64,000 bases of DNA from Candidatus Kerfeldbacteria bacterium (GCA_963731735.1 CAVSWO010000002.1:628257-692256); one strand, 5' to 3'; numbered from the stretch's first letter, positions 19,316 through 32,071 are shown. Notes: generated by a model not told the origin, from the letters alone. Numbers and translations: made by a program.

Positions 19316-19794
19316 CCACCGACCAAGAATTCCAGTCGTATATCGGTGATCTACTGAGTCATCAGGATGTCCAGCGCCTGCATCAAACCAAGGCGCACTG
19401 GCATCGCGATCGTTTTGAACACTGTTACGCCGTGGGATTGGTATCGTTCCGACTCGCCAAATTGGTCCACGGCAACCGGACGGTTGCCGCGCGGGGCGGT
19501 TTTCTCCACGATTGGTACCATGGCCATCAACCGGAACGCGTCCGTTTCAAAAATCCCGACGGCCATCATTTTCGCCAATCACACGCGGCCGCGGCCACCT
19601 ACGGTGAATCACCGGAAGTCCTGCATGCGATTCGAACGCATATGTGGCCGTGGGGCCGAACGGTACCGCGTACTCGCGAGGCCTGGGTTGTCTGGGCGGC
19701 CGATAACCTGGTTTGGTTGCAAGACATTTGGCATGGCCTCGGCTATTCGATTCGCACCGGTTGGCATAATTTTCTCTACGGACCACAACTATGA
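19312..19794 (+). CDS. HD-domain phosphohydrolase-like protein, inserted in the atp operon
   Basis: The sequence RFEHCYAVGLVSFRLAKLVHG...GGFLHDWYHG carries the H...HD metal-binding signature. Its start overlaps atpF and its end overlaps atpH. Confidence 0.6.
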   Translation: MTTDQEFQSYIGDLLSHQDVQRLHQTKAHWHRDRFEHCYAVGLVSFRLAKLVHGNRTVAARGGFLHDWYHGHQPERVRFKNPDGHHFRQSHAAAATYGESPEVLHAIRTHMWPWGRTVPRTREAWVVWAADNLVWLQDIWHGLGYSIRTGWHNFLYGPQL

Positions 19795-20183
19795 AACGGT
19801 TAACTGCCCAGCAATACGCGCACGTCCTGTCGCGAGCCTACACGGCCGCCAATTCGGCTGAACGGGCGGGGGTGATTGAACGCTTCGTGGCGCTGCTGTC
19901 GGCGCGACGCGCCTGGAAACTCGTCCCCCGGATCTTGCAGCACATCGAAGCCATCGAAGACGCCCAGGCGGGCCTGACCAAGGTGGCGGTTTGGCAAGCC
20001 AAGGATGCCCCGACGGCCGAACTGGCCGAAGCACTGACCCAAGTGCTTGGACCTGTCCGGCTGGAAACCCGAACCGATCCAAAACTGATCGGCGGGCTCA
20101 AATTCCGAATCCATGACCAGCTGATTGACGGAACGCTGGCTCATCAGCTTCAACGCTTACATACTCAACTGATCAACGCATAA
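19791..20183 (+). CDS. atpH: F0F1 ATP synthase subunit delta (short, 130 aa)
   Basis: The C-terminal ...[22 protein letters not shown] is OSCP-like, and the position in the operon fits. Confidence 0.7.
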   Translation: MKRLTAQQYAHVLSRAYTAANSAERAGVIERFVALLSARRAWKLVPRILQHIEAIEDAQAGLTKVAVWQAKDAPTAELAEALTQVLGPVRLETRTDPKLIGGLKFRIHDQLIDGTLAHQLQRLHTQLINA

Positions 20184-20188
20184 TCACT

Positions 20189-21680
20189 ATGGCCGATCAT
20201 CTCGTAGACCTGCTCACCAAGGAACTCAATCATTTTCAAACCAAAGCCGCGCGCGAACTGGTCGGGACCGTGCTAGAAGTCGGCGACGGCATTGTCCGCG
20301 CCGCGGGACTGTCCGACGTGCAGTCCCAGGAAATGGTGACCTTTGAATCCGGCGTCCAGGGCGTCGTCCTTAACTTGGAAGAAGACACTGTCGGGATTAT
20401 CGTGCTGGGTTCAGATATCGGCATTGAACAGAACCAAACCGTCAAAGCCACCGGGAAAATTTTACAGGTGCCGGTCGGCGACGCGGTGGTTGGCCGGGTG
20501 GTCAATCCGCTGGGGTTACCGCTTGACGGCCAGGGCGCGGTCAGCACCAAACAGTTCTATCCGGTTGAAAAAATCGCGCCTGGCGTGATTACCCGTGAAT
20601 CGGTTACCCAGCCGCTCCAGACCGGGATCAAGGCGATTGACGCGATGATTCCGATCGGCCGCGGGCAGCGTGAATTGATTATTGGCGATCGCCAAACCGG
20701 GAAAACCGCTATCGCGGTTGATACCATCATCAACCAAAAAGGCAAAGGCGTCCTATGTATTTATGTCGCGATCGGACAGAAAGAATCAAAAGTGGCCCGG
20801 ATCGTTTCAAAGTTAGAAGAAACGGGGGCGATGGAATACACGACGGTCGTCCTAGCTGGCGCCTCGGATCCGGCCGCCCTGTCCTACATCGCGCCATACG
20901 CCGGTTGCGCGATGGGGGAATATTTCATGGATCAGGGGAAAGACGTGCTGGTTGTCTACGATGACCTCTCGAAACACGCCTGGTCATATCGACAAGTCTC
21001 GCTGTTGCTGCGCCGCCCGCCGGGCCGGGAAGCCTACCCGGGCGATATTTTCTATGTTCACTCACGCCTGCTTGAACGGTCCGCCAAATTGAATAAGGAT
21101 TTTGGCGGCGGCTCGTTAACAGCGTTGCCGATTATTGAAACGCAAGCCGGTGATGTCTCGGCCTATATTCCGACCAACGTTATTTCGATTACGGACGGGC
21201 AGATTTATTTGGAATCGGACTTGTTCTACCAAGGCATCCGCCCGGCCTTGAACGTCGGCCTTATCGGTCTCCCGGGTTGGTTCCGCCGCCCAAACCAAGG
21301 CCATGAAAAAAGTGGCCGGAAAAATCCGGATCGCCTTAGCGCAGTATCGTGAACTGGCGGCCTTTGCCCAGTTCGGTTCAGAACTTGATCCAACCACGCA
21401 GAAACAACTCGATCGCGGCCGCCGGATGACCGAAATATTAAAACAAGGTCAGTATGATCCAATGAGCGTGCCGCAGCAGGTGGCTGTGTTGTACGCCGCG
21501 GCGAACGGGTATCTGGATGACGTGGACCCGGAGCAGATCGGTGCTTGGGAACACGATTTTCATCAATTCCTGGAGCATCAAGCCAGCGACTGGATTCAGG
21601 GCGTGGCTGATGGCGAGCTGACCGAGAAACTTGAAAAACAACTGCAGCAGTTGATTAAAGAGTTTCAGAAAGGACGCTAA
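20189..21680 (+). CDS. atpA: F0F1 ATP synthase subunit alpha, split by an apparent +1 frameshift near 21255-21262
   Basis: ORF 20189..21352 carries the Walker A motif GDRQTGKT and continues as ...RPALNVG. Shifting one base at the 'ggcc' site reads [24 protein letters not shown]..., which continues in-frame into ORF 21303..21680, the conserved alpha C-terminus. Confidence 0.85.
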
Positions 21681-21776
21681 TGCTTGTGTCAGAACATTCC
21701 GGCCATGCCAGACTGTCACCATCTCGGTCGCGGTCTCACCCTATCATCAATCATTCAATGGTAAATTTCTAACCAG

Positions 21777-24603
<2,827 letters not shown>

Positions 24604-24616
24604 CGACGGGCCGAGA

Positions 24617-24645
24617 TTGACAAATTCGTCCGGATGCGCTATGCT
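24617..24645 (+). promoter_or_regulatory. sigma70-like promoter (TTGACA-17-TATGCT) for the 24713 gene
   Basis: Near-consensus hexamers with 17-nt spacing. Confidence 0.5.
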
Positions 24646-24712
24646 GGCAATTCGGTTTTTTCGGTTTGCTCTTTATTTCTTTACCCCCAACCCAGAAGGG
24701 AACAGGACCACG

Positions 24713-25351
24713 ATGGGACTGAATCTGGAGCAGCACGAGGAAAGCCTGCTTTTCATTCGCGGTGCAGTCGAGCGGCAGATCTTCCGTCCGGTCGACGTCT
24801 ATCACGACGACCAGGACAATCATGACCCGGCCATCATCGTCGCCTGTGGTGACAAGGATCAGGCGCATGATCGTTTGCATCACTGCTGGGATCGCGTGAC
24901 GCGCCAGGCGCAACTGGTGATGGTCCATGGTGGCGGCCTGCTGCTGGACGGACTGAGCCCGGCCAATCGGGAGTTCAACTCCGTCGGATTCGTGCTGAAT
25001 GAAATTCACCGCGGGATCCTGGCCAAGGAACAGCACACCGGTGTGCGCGTCAAGCGGATCATTCCGTACTTCGACTTTCCGTGTGGTGTGGCCGGCATGT
25101 ACGCCATCACCGCGGCCGGCAGCTGCCGATCGGCCATCAGTGTCAAGCCGTTTCTGAAGCAGAACTTCCCGGGACGGGAAGTGGCCCTCAAGTTCTACCT
25201 CGACCGACCGGCCAAGGTGCTCGGAACCGATCATCCGCTGGTGATCAAGAACCCGAACGCCAAGGCCCTGACCTTCAACTTCTCGGCCAAAGCCATGACC
25301 GAATATCTGCGGGAGTTTGAAACCTCACAATCGCGCGTCGCCGTCGGCTAA
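24713..25351 (+). CDS. hypothetical protein with strongly GC3-biased codons
   Basis: The plus frame is preferred over the antisense ORF 24572..25234 because third codon positions are nearly all G/C (ctg, gag, cag, gac, atc, ttc). A promoter lies upstream. No motif recognised. Confidence 0.5.
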   Translation: MGLNLEQHEESLLFIRGAVERQIFRPVDVYHDDQDNHDPAIIVACGDKDQAHDRLHHCWDRVTRQAQLVMVHGGGLLLDGLSPANREFNSVGFVLNEIHRGILAKEQHTGVRVKRIIPYFDFPCGVAGMYAITAAGSCRSAISVKPFLKQNFPGREVALKFYLDRPAKVLGTDHPLVIKNPNAKALTFNFSAKAMTEYLREFETSQSRVAVG

Positions 25352-25408
25352 CTTGCCGATGTCATCCGTGGACTGATACACTGTATCAGTCCACTTTTTT
25401 ATATTTCT

Positions 25409-25825
25409 ATGTCCCACACCGCCAAAGCCCTGGTTCTCCACTGCATGGATTTCCGCTTTATCCATCAGATCGTGCATTATCTGAAAGCCGAAGGCCTGAT
25501 TGACCAGTATGACGACGTATCCCTAGCCGGAGCGGCCAAATGCCTGGCTGATCCGATGCAAGCCCACGACACCGAAGTCGTACTGCGGCAAATCGAATTG
25601 TCGCAAAAGTTGCACCAGATTACGTCGGTCTATTTGATCAACCACCGCGATTGCGGCGCCTACGGGAAAATTTTCGATACGCCCGAAGCGGAAACCGAGC
25701 GCCATACCCAGGATTTACAGCGGGCCAAAACAATGGTTCAGGAAAAATTTCCGGAGCTGGAAGTCAAGACCATCTTGGCGACGCTGCAGGAATCGGGCCA
25801 AGTCCAATTTACACCCGTCGCCTAA
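25409..25825 (+). CDS. small beta-carbonic-anhydrase-like protein
   Basis: The CxDxR (HCMDFRF) and HxxCG (NHRDCGAYG) zinc-ligand motifs of beta-CAs are present. The protein is unusually short at 138 aa. Confidence 0.5.
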   Translation: MSHTAKALVLHCMDFRFIHQIVHYLKAEGLIDQYDDVSLAGAAKCLADPMQAHDTEVVLRQIELSQKLHQITSVYLINHRDCGAYGKIFDTPEAETERHTQDLQRAKTMVQEKFPELEVKTILATLQESGQVQFTPVA

Positions 25826-25834
25826 ACACTTTTT

Positions 25835-25866
25835 GACGGTCGGCCGTCCGTCGCGACGGCTTTTGG
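25835..25866 (+). terminator. intrinsic terminator after the beta-CA-like gene
   Basis: The hairpin GCCGTC-cgtcgc-GACGGC is followed by TTTTGG. Confidence 0.5.
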
Positions 25867-25867
25867 C

Positions 25868-25912
25868 TTGACAGAATGCCGCGTCAGGGGTATGACACAG
25901 TCAATCCTGACG
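25868..25912 (+). promoter_or_regulatory. sigma70-like promoter (TTGACA-17-TATGAC) with a flanking 7-bp inverted repeat CGTCAGG/CCTGACG
   Basis: The hexamers and an inverted repeat bracketing the -10 were read from the sequence. A GGAGG RBS lies 7 nt before the ATG at 25952. Confidence 0.5.
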
Positions 25913-25951
25913 TATTACTGACCTTCCAATCCAACTTCCCGGAGGTGGCTG

Positions 25952-27028
25952 ATGTTGACGGACGTCCGCGAACTTCGCGATGGGCAGCCCTGTGCCATTC
26001 TGGGCATCGGGCATACCGTTCTCGACGAACAGTTACGGTACGATAACCCGCGATTCATTTTGAATCCGGAGAATTCGCCGACGGCGCTGTCGCCCATCGG
26101 GCGCAATCGGTTATTTCACGAACTCGAACGCAAAACCGGGCGGATGAAAGATGCCGACTTGGCTGCCCTGGCCGACAAGAAATTCATCGCCGCCACGGGC
26201 ATTCGTTCACGAATGATGTGGCCAGGTTCGCCGGCTGAATTGGGCGCCCTGGCGGCCAAGCAAGCCCTGGCTGACGCGCAGGTATCGGTCGACCAGATCG
26301 ATGCGATTCTCGTCGGTACCAATACCGGTAACGGTTATCCGAGCACGGCTGATGTGGTCAAGGAGTTGCTGGGCGCCAAGTCGGCCGCTCGCTGTCGTGA
26401 TCTGCAGGAAGCCTGTCCGGTCGGCGCGATTGTGGTGCTTGAGGGCTGGGAAAAGATTCGGAGTGGCCGTTACGGCCAGGTGCTGGTCATGGCCGCCGAA
26501 AAAGCGACCAGCCTGGCTTCGCCTGATGACTACAAAAGCGCCAACCTGTTTGGTGACGCCGCTTTTGCCTATGTCCTCGGTCCGGCCGAACATGACGACT
26601 TCGTCTTTTTTGAGGATGGATCGGATCCTTCGAATAAGCAGTCGACCTACATCACCAAAAAGCCTGACGGTTTCCATCAGGACGGGGGCGCGGTACATCG
26701 GTATGTCGGGCGCGTGGTGCCGGAACTGCTCGAACAGACGTTCAAGCGTCTGCGGCTTGATCCGGCTTCGGTCGATCATTTCTTTCCCCACCAACCGTCG
26801 ACCAAGACGCTCGATTTCCTGATCGGCAATATCCGCCGCCGGTGGCCTGGGTTCAATCCGGTCATCCATCGGAACGTGGAGGAGATGGGCAACACCTCGG
26901 GAGCCTGTACCGGCTGGATGGTCTCACGGGCCAAAGCGTCCGGTCAGCTCAAGTCCGGACAATTCTGCCTGGTCGCCAGTTTCGGGGCCGGTATGAGTTG
27001 GGCCTTCTATGGCTTCATTGTTCGTTAA
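25952..27028 (+). CDS. 3-oxoacyl-ACP synthase III (FabH)-like / type III condensing enzyme
   Basis: A Cys-His-Asn triad is present: active-site Cys in DLQEACPVGA, His in FFPHQPSTK, and Asn in GNTSGAC. Confidence 0.8.
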   Translation: MLTDVRELRDGQPCAILGIGHTVLDEQLRYDNPRFILNPENSPTALSPIGRNRLFHELERKTGRMKDADLAALADKKFIAATGIRSRMMWPGSPAELGALAAKQALADAQVSVDQIDAILVGTNTGNGYPSTADVVKELLGAKSAARCRDLQEACPVGAIVVLEGWEKIRSGRYGQVLVMAAEKATSLASPDDYKSANLFGDAAFAYVLGPAEHDDFVFFEDGSDPSNKQSTYITKKPDGFHQDGGAVHRYVGRVVPELLEQTFKRLRLDPASVDHFFPHQPSTKTLDFLIGNIRRRWPGFNPVIHRNVEEMGNTSGACTGWMVSRAKASGQLKSGQFCLVASFGAGMSWAFYGFIVR

Positions 27029-27086
27029 GTATCGTCCCTGCACCAAGGTGTGCGGGGACTTTTTTTGGCTGTGATACAATACCCTC

Positions 27087-30008
27087 ATGCCAGGGGAGAT
27101 TCCGGATAAAGTAAATCGCGAGCAGCAGGCCGCCATTCGCCATGGCCGGGGGCCGCTCTTGATCGTGGCCGGCGCTGGAACCGGGAAAACCACGGTCGTG
27201 ACCGAACGGATTGCGCACCTGATCATGAACGAACAGGTTCCGTCGGACAATATCCTGGCCCTGACCTTTACCGATAAAGCGGCCGGTGAAATGCAGGACC
27301 GAGTTGAGCGGATTTTACCGTTCGGGTATGTCGACCTGTGGGTCATGACCTTTCACAGCTTGGGCCAGCGGCTGCTGAAAGAGCACGCGCTTGATATCGG
27401 GCTGTCCAATGATTTTAAACTCTTATCCCAAACCGACCAGTGGCTGCTGATTCGGGAACATTTGGAAGAATTCGATTTGGAGTACTATCGGCCGCTCGGC
27501 AATCCGACGAAATTTATTTCCGCCCTGGTCCGGCACTTTTCACGCTTGAAAGACGAAGATATTTCACCGGAGGAATATTTAAAGTATGCGAAAACTTTGT
27601 CCAAGGGCAAAACGAAGAAAGCAGCCGAAGACCAGGCCGAAGCCGATCGGATAATGGAAGTCGCGAAGGCCTACCAAAAGTATAATCAGTTGTTACTCGA
27701 CAACAACGCCCTGGATTTTGGCGATCTCATTCTGTATACCTTGCGGCTGCTGCGGGAACGGCCGGCCATCCTGAAAAAGTATCAGCAGCAATTCCAGTAT
27801 ATCCTGGTCGACGAATTTCAGGACACGAACTGGGCGCAGTTTGCATTGATTAAACGACTGGCGGCGCCGCGCAACAATCTGACGGTGGTCGGTGACGATG
27901 ACCAATCAATCTACAAATTCCGCGGCGCTTCGGTTTCAAACATTATAGAATTCAAGAAAGATTTTCCGGAGGCCGAAGTGGTGGTATTAACCAAGAACTA
28001 TCGGACCCAGCAGAAGATCTTGGACCTGGCCTATGCGTTTATCCAGCAGAATAACCCCGATCGCCTGGAAGCCAAGCAGGATTTGTTTGGCGGTCTGTCG
28101 GTCGTCAAGAAACTGACGGCCCAGCGCCCCGGTTCGGGGGAAACCGGCTGGTTGCATCTGGACACCCAGGAAGCCGAGGCTCGGGCGGTGGCCGATAAAA
28201 TCGAAGCTCTGCGGCAAAACGATCCGAAGTTAGGCTGGGACGCCTTCGCGGTTCTGGTTCGCGCCAATGATCATGCCCAATTGTATCTGCAGGAGTTCGA
28301 GCGGCGCGGCCTACCGCATGTATTCCTGGCCGCCCGCGGCTTATTTACGAAACCGTTGGTGCTCGATCTCTTGGCGTATCTGCGTCTGCTCGATAACTAT
28401 CACGAAAGTTCGGCCCTGGCCCGCGTGCTGGCCATGCCAATCTGGGCGATTGATCACGGCGACGTGGTGGAACTATCCTACCAAGCCAAAAAGAAAACCC
28501 GATCGCTGTTTGAGCAGCTCCAGCATGATGATGTTTCGGTATCCGATTCGACGCGCCAAGGCATCCAACGACTGAAGCAACTGGTAGCCGAACACACTAA
28601 AGACGCCAATAGCAAAAAGGCCGGTGAAGTGGTGCTGCAGTTCCTGAATGATTCCGGCTATCTCAAAGCCATGACCAAGGAGGAAACAGCCGAGTCGCAG
28701 CAGCAGACCGCACTGTTGCGGCAATTTTTCAAAGTGATTGAAACCTTTCAGCAGGGCGAAACCCACGCCTCGGTCAAAGGACTGTTGCGATACATTGACC
28801 ATGTGATGGAATCCGGCGACGCCGGCGGCTTGGAACATGATGTCGAGGCCGGCCCTGAGACCATCAAAATCATGACCGTTCACTCGGCCAAGGGCCTGGA
28901 GTTTCCCTACGTTTTTATCGGCAACATGGTCGAGGATCGCTTTCCCGGTCGCGACCGCCACGACCCGATTCCGGTCCCGGACGCCCTGGTCCGCGAAGTG
29001 TTGCCGTCCGGCGACGCCCATCTGCAGGAAGAACGTCGTTTAATGTACGTGGCGATCACCCGGGCCCGGAACGGCGTCTGGTTAACCGCGGCCGAAGACT
29101 ATGGCGGCCAGCGCCGGAAAAAGCCCTCCAAGTTCGTCTATGAACTGGGGTTATTGCAGCCACCGGTCAAGGCCGAAAAGAAGCCGCCGCTGCCGGCTCG
29201 TGAATTCAAACCCACCCCGGTCCAAAAAAAAGAAGCGGCCGCCTACCTGGCCAAGGAAAATCAGTTTAGTTTTACGAAACTCTCAACCTACAACGATTGC
29301 CCCTGGAAATACCGCTACGCCTTCGTGCTACAAGTCCCGAAGCGGGGGAGTCACGCGCTGTCGTACGGATCGTCGGTCCACAAAACCCTGCAGAATTTCT
29401 TCGCCCTTTGGAAGACACGGGAGCCGGCCGGCAAGTCCGTCAGTTTGGACGAGCTGCTGACCTTTTACGATCGCTGCTTCATCGACGAATGGTACTCGAG
29501 CAAGGCCCAGAAAAAAGAATATTACGACAAAGGCAAAGCCGCCTTAACGACCTGGTACAGCCGCGTCAGCAAACAGCCGCCGGAGGTCTTGCGACTGGAG
29601 CAGGTCTTTAATCTGAAGGTCGATGAATTCGTGATCAACGGCGCGATCGATCGGATCGACAAAATCGGCGGCTCGGACGAAAATCCGGAGGTCAAAATTG
29701 TCGATTATAAAACCGGCAAAGTTAAAGAGAAATTCGCCAAGGACGATAAGTACCAGCTCTTGATTTACGCCCTGGCCGTGCAGGATCCGAATATTCTGCC
29801 GGGCGAGGTCAAGCAACTGGAATACTACTTTATCGACGAAAACGTTTCAAAAACCTACCAGCCGACCGAACAGGACCGGACGGATACCCTGGATTGGATT
29901 CGCCAGACGGTCGGTAAAATCCAATCGGGTGATTTTCATCCGACACCCAGTAAATTTATCTGCGACTACTGCGACTTTAAAGAGATCTGCGAATTCCGAG
30001 CAGTGTAA
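27087..30008 (+). CDS. UvrD/PcrA-type SF1 helicase fused to a C-terminal PD-(D/E)xK nuclease with a Cas4/AddB-like 4-Cys Fe-S cluster
   Basis: Helicase motifs are I (AGAGTGKTT), II (LVDEFQDT), III (VVGDDDQSIY) and VI (TVHSAKGLEFPYVFI). The nuclease region reads IDRIDK...VKIVDYKTGK. The Cys pattern is CPWKY...CDYCDFKEIC. Confidence 0.85.
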   Translation: MPGEIPDKVNREQQAAIRHGRGPLLIVAGAGTGKTTVVTERIAHLIMNEQVPSDNILALTFTDKAAGEMQDRVERILPFGYVDLWVMTFHSLGQRLLKEHALDIGLSNDFKLLSQTDQWLLIREHLEEFDLEYYRPLGNPTKFISALVRHFSRLKDEDISPEEYLKYAKTLSKGKTKKAAEDQAEADRIMEVAKAYQKYNQLLLDNNALDFGDLILYTLRLLRERPAILKKYQQQFQYILVDEFQDTNWAQFALIKRLAAPRNNLTVVGDDDQSIYKFRGASVSNIIEFKKDFPEAEVVVLTKNYRTQQKILDLAYAFIQQNNPDRLEAKQDLFGGLSVVKKLTAQRPGSGETGWLHLDTQEAEARAVADKIEALRQNDPKLGWDAFAVLVRANDHAQLYLQEFERRGLPHVFLAARGLFTKPLVLDLLAYLRLLDNYHESSALARVLAMPIWAIDHGDVVELSYQAKKKTRSLFEQLQHDDVSVSDSTRQGIQRLKQLVAEHTKDANSKKAGEVVLQFLNDSGYLKAMTKEETAESQQQTALLRQFFKVIETFQQGETHASVKGLLRYIDHVMESGDAGGLEHDVEAGPETIKIMTVHSAKGLEFPYVFIGNMVEDRFPGRDRHDPIPVPDALVREVLPSGDAHLQEERRLMYVAITRARNGVWLTAAEDYGGQRRKKPSKFVYELGLLQPPVKAEKKPPLPAREFKPTPVQKKEAAAYLAKENQFSFTKLSTYNDCPWKYRYAFVLQVPKRGSHALSYGSSVHKTLQNFFALWKTREPAGKSVSLDELLTFYDRCFIDEWYSSKAQKKEYYDKGKAALTTWYSRVSKQPPEVLRLEQVFNLKVDEFVINGAIDRIDKIGGSDENPEVKIVDYKTGKVKEKFAKDDKYQLLIYALAVQDPNILPGEVKQLEYYFIDENVSKTYQPTEQDRTDTLDWIRQTVGKIQSGDFHPTPSKFICDYCDFKEICEFRAV

Positions 30009-30056
30009 ATGAAACGCAAGAAACCGCGGCGGTTACGCGCTGTTATAGGATGTAAA

Positions 30057-30710
30057 TTATTTTCGCCTCTTCGTCGAACGCTTTGTGTACTTTGCGGGTG
30101 ATACAGTACATACAAAGCTCATCCAATTATTGCCGCCTTCCGATTTCTGGAACTGCTTGATAACTCGGAAACCATGTTCCCGCAGAATGTTCCTAAATTC
30201 ATTTTTGGAATAAAAGGCAAAAAATCTCGTTACACCGCCGTATTTTTCTTGCGTGATTACTTGTTCATCAACATTACTTTTTTCTTTCATCGAAACCACA
30301 AACATGCCTTGCGGTGTTAACAGACGGCGAATAGAACGAAGGACCTTCGGCAGCCGCCTTTTTGGAATATGGAGCAAGGTAGCAATAGACCACACTGCAT
30401 CAAACTGGTGAGCCGGAAAGCGGAGATCATAAAAGCTCATTTTCTTGAATGTGCCCTTTGGATTGAGTTTTTGTGCTAACGCTAAGAGTCCTTTTGAAGC
30501 GTCGGTACCGATGTAGTCAAAACCGGCCTGAAGTAGATCATGTGCGTCTCGACCGCCCCCACACCCGATTTCGAGGACGCGGTTGCCGTGAATTTGGCGA
30601 TGAAGTTCATCCAGTTCATCTTTCCAAAAATGAAACATCCGATTCGTTGTAGCATACTTCGGCGCAATTTTGTCGTAGGCTTCGATTGTTTGTTTTGTGC
30701 GTAAGTCCAT
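30057..30710 (-). CDS. class I SAM-dependent methyltransferase (Methyltransf_11-like)
   Basis: Motif I reads VLEIGCGGGRDAHDL. It is the first gene of the AT-rich island and is convergent with the helicase gene. Confidence 0.75.
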   Translation of the reverse strand: MDLRTKQTIEAYDKIAPKYATTNRMFHFWKDELDELHRQIHGNRVLEIGCGGGRDAHDLLQAGFDYIGTDASKGLLALAQKLNPKGTFKKMSFYDLRFPAHQFDAVWSIATLLHIPKRRLPKVLRSIRRLLTPQGMFVVSMKEKSNVDEQVITQEKYGGVTRFFAFYSKNEFRNILREHGFRVIKQFQKSEGGNNWMSFVCTVSPAKYTKRSTKRRK

Positions 30711-30921
30711 GAGCGAAAATAATTTATTTCCGATAACGTTTGCGCGTACACGATTTTACGTAGTATATCGGGTACGCGCTGTTGTACGGAGTCGGGGTTC
30801 CGAACATTGACAAGTGTCAGGTTCTATGTAAAAGTCTAACACACTTTGTACATTCCCTGGTAGCTTAGATTCAACAGGGCGTTGTTTCTAGGTAGCCATC
30901 GACTCATTAGGAGACATAGCC

Positions 30922-31251
30922 ATGAGTAGTGGTAGTGTCGCCCGACAGGAGCGCGAGTTTCTGGCGTGTGTGATCCGTCATCTCCCAGAGCTTTTTCCAA
31001 ATGAACGGCAGGCGTGGATTGAAAACCAGGATCTTCTGTCCGAAAGGTTGGAGCTAGCCCTGGACATGGTAAGCCCCAGGATCAAACTCCTTGAACGTCT
31101 AAATGAAGGAGTGACGCGCGTCACAAAAAAAGGTCATGCCGCCAAGATAAGACTCTTTCTGTTCAATCTTGGCTCTGAAGACCAAGTGACTGTCGATAAG
31201 CTTGCACGAGCAATCGTTCAAGCTGTTGACCCAGCATCACTCAAAGAGTAG
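30922..31251 (+). CDS. hypothetical 109-aa protein
   Basis: The gene has a TTGACA-16-TAAAAG promoter-like element, an AGGAGA RBS 7 nt before the ATG, and a strong terminator. The product is not recognised. Confidence 0.55.
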   Translation: MSSGSVARQEREFLACVIRHLPELFPNERQAWIENQDLLSERLELALDMVSPRIKLLERLNEGVTRVTKKGHAAKIRLFLFNLGSEDQVTVDKLARAIVQAVDPASLKE

Positions 31252-31265
31252 TGGCACAGATAAGT

Positions 31266-31309
31266 AACGGACTTCGAGATTACATCAACGAGTCCGTTTA
31301 ATTTTTTTA
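31266..31309 (+). terminator. intrinsic terminator
   Basis: The hairpin AACGGACT-(16 nt)-AGTCCGTT is followed by TAATTTTTTT. Confidence 0.7.
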
Positions 31310-31394
31310 CTAGGAACCCCGATTTCGTACAACGTTTGCGTCTCATACGACCGTCTGCCGTAGCAATAGCGAAGGCAGATGTCGTATAGACGCT

Positions 31395-31418
31395 GTTAGG
31401 AGATGTAACAATAGGGTC
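31395..31418. repeat. left copy of the 24-bp inverted repeat GTTAGGAGATGTAACAATAGGGTC
   Basis: Matches the reverse complement of 32072..32095 at 22 of 24 positions. It abuts the stop codon of the kinase gene. Confidence 0.8.
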
Positions 31419-32055
31419 ACTTGGTTAGTAGTTTAATCGCTTTCTTCAGCTGTCCGCTAAAATCGTTGTCCATGTTGAGAACCTTGAATTTGTACTTCCG
31501 CGCTTCTTTATTAAAAAACTGTCCATAGTAACTGACCATTTGTGCGATTTTGTACAAAGTCTTTTTGTTTAAAGTCTTGCGAAGTATCCAATCGTTTGGA
31601 GTTGAGCTTTTCTTTGTATCATGCACAAACTTTTCAATATCAGACTTCACAAGAAAAAGAACGCGGAAATGTTTACCGCCATATTTTTTAATAAGTCGAG
31701 CTGCAAGTTGTGGCGTTATGTGGTAGCCCTCTAGAATGTAGTCATTCCCATCTTTGATTTCAGATATGGCAAACATATCTAAAGCATCATAACTTGCTAC
31801 AGCTTGCTTCATGTAATTTTTGGCAACCCGATGTGGAGTGTTGCGTGAATATGTTTCATCATTTGTTTTACCTTTTTTGGAACTGTGAGGATACAATCTC
31901 GCAAGCGCTTGCTTGGAGACATACTTCGAAACATATTCACGAACTACAACTTGCAGCGTGTCAGAAGCAACCCACTGGATTCCGAGCCCTTTGGACAGTT
32001 TTTTGGCGAGTGTGGTCTTACCACATTTTGGCGGACCACCGATTAAATAAATCAT
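31417..32055 (-). CDS. P-loop NTPase/kinase-fold protein, possibly a nucleoside/nucleotide kinase
   Basis: The Walker A motif is IYLIGGPPKCGKTTLAKKL. Length is 212 aa. The gene is AT-rich. Confidence 0.65.
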   Translation of the reverse strand: MIYLIGGPPKCGKTTLAKKLSKGLGIQWVASDTLQVVVREYVSKYVSKQALARLYPHSSKKGKTNDETYSRNTPHRVAKNYMKQAVASYDALDMFAISEIKDGNDYILEGYHITPQLAARLIKKYGGKHFRVLFLVKSDIEKFVHDTKKSSTPNDWILRKTLNKKTLYKIAQMVSYYGQFFNKEARKYKFKVLNMDNDFSGQLKKAIKLLTK

Positions 32056-32071
32056 AGTTGTGATTCAGCAA

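Noticed and set aside
26207-26869. 220-aa minus-strand ORF inside the KAS III gene
   Set aside because: It is antisense to a gene with a clear Cys-His-Asn catalytic triad, so it is a shadow ORF.
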